A stretch of 64,000 nucleotides of DNA from a virus: the IMG/VR virus record IMGVR_UViG_3300009448_000012, positions 10,558-74,557 of that record; one strand, written 5' to 3'. The position numbers were made by a program, and so were the translations under genes. Below, in pieces: positions 60,719 through 64,000 of this stretch (position 1 is its first letter; every line of letters begins with the position of its first letter). The notes beneath the pieces were generated by a model. It was not told where the DNA came from. It was given only the letters and a program-made list of their open reading frames with translations, and made no database searches.

Positions 60719-63085
60719 ATGCTTAATCCGGTACCGGTCAAAATGCAAGCGGTTCCAAAAGGGTTCGAGAAGTATAAGCAATTCATAAACTGGCGACTGG
60801 TTCCAGATAAAAAAAAACCCGGCAAATTCAAAAAGCTTCCGTGCAATAGCAACGGAACGATTATTTCCGCACATGACCCGACGCAATGGATGACCGCCGA
60901 ACAAGCTTGCTTGTCCGAATACGGAATCGCGTTCGTCTTCACCGCACATGACCCCTTTTGGTTCATCGACCTCGACGAAGCGTGGAACGGGTCGTGTTGG
61001 TCGGAAATCGCCGATTGGTGCTTCCGGTGCTTCCCTGGTGCGGCGCTGGAGATATCGAACAGCGGGACGGGCCTGCATCTGTTCGGCGCGGGCTCGCACA
61101 GCTTGCCGGCGGATCACGGTTGCAAAAATATGTCCGCCGGCATCGAGCTATACACCCAAGGGCGTTTCGTCGCCCTGACGGGCACCAGCGCGGCCGGGAA
61201 CGCGTTTCTCGACTATAGCGACCGGCTGGCGACCTTCGTGGTCCAGGCGCGCTTACAGCCGCGTGACACGACCCTGGAGGACCTTGGGGACGGTGATGCG
61301 GTCGATCCGCGCTATACGGGGCCGGCGGATGACGACGAACTGATCGCCCTGATGCTCGACAGCGTCGGGTCGGTCAAAACGCAGTTCGGGTCGAAGGCGC
61401 ATGTCCGCGACCTTTGGGAAATGAACGTGCCGGTGCTCGAAGGGTGCATGTCGGCGCCGTCGCGCCAAGACGGCGTCAAATTCGACTGGTCGAGCGCCGA
61501 CGCGTCGCTGATGTGGCATTTGAGTTTCTGGACCGGTCGCGACCGCGATCGCATGGTCCGGCTGTTCGAGCGCTCCAAGCTGTACCGGCCGGACAAATAT
61601 GAGGGCAAGGGCGCCTATCGGCTTCCCCTGGTCCTGAAGCAAGGCTTCCGCAACACGGCCGTGTACGACCGCCCCAAGCCCGGCACGGCGATGCAGCCGA
61701 TCGAGCCGGGCGCGGTCGCACCGTCGCAGCGCGGCGGCCGCTCGACCATGGACCTCGCCGAGCAGATCCAGCACTTCGACGGCTGTTGGTACATCCAGGC
61801 GTCGCACAGCGTCATGTTGCCCGATGGGCGGATCGTCCCGCCCAAAGTGTTCGACGTGGTCAAGGGCGGGCACAAGTTTCAGATGCAATATGACAACGGC
61901 AAGCCGACGACCGAGGCGTTCACCTGCTTCACGCAAAGTCGGATGCATACCTTCAACAGTGCAATTGATACGTGCTTTCGCCCTGATCGTGAACCCGGCG
62001 CCCTGGTGGATGGTCGGATAAACACATGGCGCGCGCCTGTCGTGGTCGAGACGCCGGGCGACATCACGCGGTTTCTGGAGCATGTCGCCCGCATGATCCC
62101 GAACCCGGTCGACCGCTCGATTCTGTTCGCCTATATGCAATCGCTCGCGCGCAATCCGGGGAAGAAATTCCAATGGGCTCCGGTGATCCAAGGCGTTCCC
62201 GGAAACGGCAAATCGCTGTTGATCCGGGTCCTGTATTACGCGATGTCGAAGGAGTTGTCGCATCTGCCCAAGGCGTCGCAACTCACCGAAAAATACAATT
62301 CGTGGATGGCCGAACGGATTTTTATCGGTGTCGAGGAAATCAAAGTCACGGATCGTCGTGAGGTGCTGGAGGACCTTAAGGACGCCGTGACGAACGATTG
62401 GATCGAAATTCGCGGCATGCATCGTGAAAAGAAGATGGCCGATAATTTCACCAATTGGCTGTTTTGCACGAACCATAAGGACGCAATTCCCGTCGATCGT
62501 TCAGAACGCCGATATGCGATCTTTTACACCGCTCAGCAAACGGTCGAGGATCTGGTTCGCGACGGCATGACCGACGATTATTTCGTCTCGCTTTACGATT
62601 GGCTGAAGGCGGGCGGTTATGCGGCCGTTGCGCACTGGTTGCGCCATGGCGCGATCGAGGCGGTGAAATATGATCCGGCGACCGTTTGCCAGCGCGCGCC
62701 GCACACGTCGTCGACCGCCGAGGCAATCGGCGTTTCGCTCGGTCGGGTCGAGCAGGAAATCATGGAAGCGGTCGACAACTGCGAACCCGGCTTTAAGGAC
62801 GGCTGGATAAGCACAGGCGCTGTCGCGCGTTGGTTGCAACAGCGCGGCGCGCGCGATGTCAGTGCTCGCAAAATGGGCGAAATCCTTAAATCACTTGGAT
62901 ATACGCACGCTTTCAAATCGTCGGTGAAGGTGATGGAAGAAAACGGCGTTCGAGCGCACATCTATCGAAAGAACGATTCATTCCAGCACGGCGATCAAAA
63001 CGATTTTCTAATCGCTCAAGGATATTCTTCAACATTGCGAAGCGGGTTCACTGTTCAGCCTGGAGCGGACCCGCTGGCGTCCTGA
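60719..63085 (+). CDS. primase-polymerase fused to a D5-like/DUF5906 helicase
   Basis: FIDLD, EISNSGTGLH, IELY..GRFVALTG; Walker A GVPGNGKS; IGVEE; CTNH; RRYAI. Confidence 0.92.
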   Translation: MLNPVPVKMQAVPKGFEKYKQFINWRLVPDKKKPGKFKKLPCNSNGTIISAHDPTQWMTAEQACLSEYGIAFVFTAHDPFWFIDLDEAWNGSCWSEIADWCFRCFPGAALEISNSGTGLHLFGAGSHSLPADHGCKNMSAGIELYTQGRFVALTGTSAAGNAFLDYSDRLATFVVQARLQPRDTTLEDLGDGDAVDPRYTGPADDDELIALMLDSVGSVKTQFGSKAHVRDLWEMNVPVLEGCMSAPSRQDGVKFDWSSADASLMWHLSFWTGRDRDRMVRLFERSKLYRPDKYEGKGAYRLPLVLKQGFRNTAVYDRPKPGTAMQPIEPGAVAPSQRGGRSTMDLAEQIQHFDGCWYIQASHSVMLPDGRIVPPKVFDVVKGGHKFQMQYDNGKPTTEAFTCFTQSRMHTFNSAIDTCFRPDREPGALVDGRINTWRAPVVVETPGDITRFLEHVARMIPNPVDRSILFAYMQSLARNPGKKFQWAPVIQGVPGNGKSLLIRVLYYAMSKELSHLPKASQLTEKYNSWMAERIFIGVEEIKVTDRREVLEDLKDAVTNDWIEIRGMHREKKMADNFTNWLFCTNHKDAIPVDRSERRYAIFYTAQQTVEDLVRDGMTDDYFVSLYDWLKAGGYAAVAHWLRHGAIEAVKYDPATVCQRAPHTSSTAEAIGVSLGRVEQEIMEAVDNCEPGFKDGWISTGAVARWLQQRGARDVSARKMGEILKSLGYTHAFKSSVKVMEENGVRAHIYRKNDSFQHGDQNDFLIAQGYSSTLRSGFTVQPGADPLAS

Positions 63086-63402
63086 TCGGATGTGACGGCT
63101 TCAGGACGCTATTAGGACGGATGGTTCAGGACGTGCAAAAACCCTTACATTTCCTATACTTATATCTTCTCCGTCCTAATGGTCCTAAAAAAGAAGGGGT
63201 ATATATGAGGAAGGATAGAGGAAATAATAACGATAATAACAATGGATAGATGGATAGATGGATAGATGGATAGATGATGGTTTGAAGGGGAAAAAGGTAG
63301 GGGGGAAAGGGCCGATTAGGACATCAGGACGCCTTTGCGATAAGGTGTTGAAATATAACGGTTTTCAGGACGTCCCGATTTAAAACGCAAAATATCAGGA
63401 CG
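63078..63402. repeat. candidate replication origin: 10 TYAGGAC(G) boxes around an AT/purine-rich core with (ATGGATAG)x4
   Basis: Boxes at 63078(-), 63101, 63112, 63126, 63172(-), 63181(-), 63316, 63324, 63365, 63395; tandem repeat 63242-63273. Confidence 0.65.
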
Positions 63403-63409
63403 GGTTGTC

Positions 63410-63637
63410 ATGCTGAAATGGTATATCCTGGGTATAGTAGCGGTGTTTGTTTCAACCTTACGTTGGGAAAACGATCGCGGTTGGGGCGTGATCATCTCCT
63501 ATGTCGCCCTAACCATCGTGGGTTATTGCGCTATCATGGTCCTGTGGAGGCTGAAGCGTGGATGGAACAATAGGCATGGGGGTAGGACCAGGGCGAAACG
63601 CCTGCCCTGTGATCATCATGAGGAACATGGGCTATGA
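63410..63637 (+). CDS. small two-TM membrane protein
   Basis: Two hydrophobic segments; ATGA overlap with the HNH gene. Confidence 0.5.
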   Translation: MLKWYILGIVAVFVSTLRWENDRGWGVIISYVALTIVGYCAIMVLWRLKRGWNNRHGGRTRAKRLPCDHHEEHGL

Positions 63638-63963
63638 CCGCACCGTGGAGCGAGGGACAGCACGAATTCGGGTGGATGTACAAGACCAAGAGATGGCAGC
63701 ACATCAGGTCGAGCGTGCTAAGGGACCATCCCTTATGTGCCGTGTGTTGGGAAAGGGGCCTGACAGTGGTTGCTACCGTGGTCCACCATCTGAATGCACA
63801 CCGGGGAAGGTGGCATTTGTTCGTGGACCCTGATAACCTACAGGCCGTATGCAAACCTTGTCATGATGGCGAACTACAATTCGTTGAGCGTCGAGGTTAT
63901 AGCAATTCTATAGGGGATGAGGGCTGGCCAATGGACAGTAATCACCCTGTAAACAAAGGGTAG
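63634..63963 (+). CDS. HNH endonuclease (terminase-associated type)
   Basis: PLCAVC, VVHH...H, NLQAVCKPCHD, G.DGWP.D..HP; typical position before cos/terminase. Confidence 0.9.
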   Translation: MTAPWSEGQHEFGWMYKTKRWQHIRSSVLRDHPLCAVCWERGLTVVATVVHHLNAHRGRWHLFVDPDNLQAVCKPCHDGELQFVERRGYSNSIGDEGWPMDSNHPVNKG

Positions 63964-64000
63964 GGGGGATCTTTTTTTCTAGAGTGATCACCCTACGGAC

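Larger units (their letters stand above)
1..64000. mobile_element. Tailed dsDNA phage (siphovirus morphotype) genome segment, probably alphaproteobacterial host
   Basis: Contiguous head-tail, tail, tape measure, lysis, replication and HNH modules; no host housekeeping genes. Confidence 0.97.

Noticed and set aside
1-64000. Integrase, att site or tRNA genes
   Set aside because: None recognised; lifestyle cannot be decided from this window
63961-64000. cos site
   Set aside because: Context after the HNH gene is suggestive, but the window ends before a site can be defined

Overview
The whole 64-kb window is a GC-rich siphovirus-type phage genome segment. The host is probably an alphaproteobacterium (Hyphomicrobiales), judged from an Omp25/RopB-like porin gene and the promoter style. 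Terminase, portal and capsid genes are absent and probably lie just outside the window. Layout: (1) 1-7803, about ten glycosyltransferase and methyltransferase genes inside the late operon; (2) 7938-20870 (+), head-tail joining, tail (with a -1 frameshifted chaperone), tape measure, tail tip/fibre and lysis genes; (3) 21036-54651 (-), early/accessory genes including an OMP, a 1046-aa multi-repeat protein, UvrD helicase, family-B DNA polymerase, SSB and a Cas4-like nuclease; (4) 54690-63963 (+), SF2 helicase, VRR-NUC, primase-helicase, a probable origin and an HNH gene. No integrase, tRNA or CRISPR array was seen. The strongest unexplained signals are: an array of small genes each headed by a repeated hairpin + CTCTCAAGGGGTTCCCC leader (34.3-40.8 kb), some with a repeated promoter/operator; a 625-bp non-coding array of 25 quasi-palindromic boxes spaced only 20 or 32 bp apart (49.24-49.86 kb); the 12-mer CCCTGTGACCAT scattered genome-wide on one strand only; and the glycan-modification cluster. 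All counts were made by eye and all family assignments come from motif recognition, not database searches.
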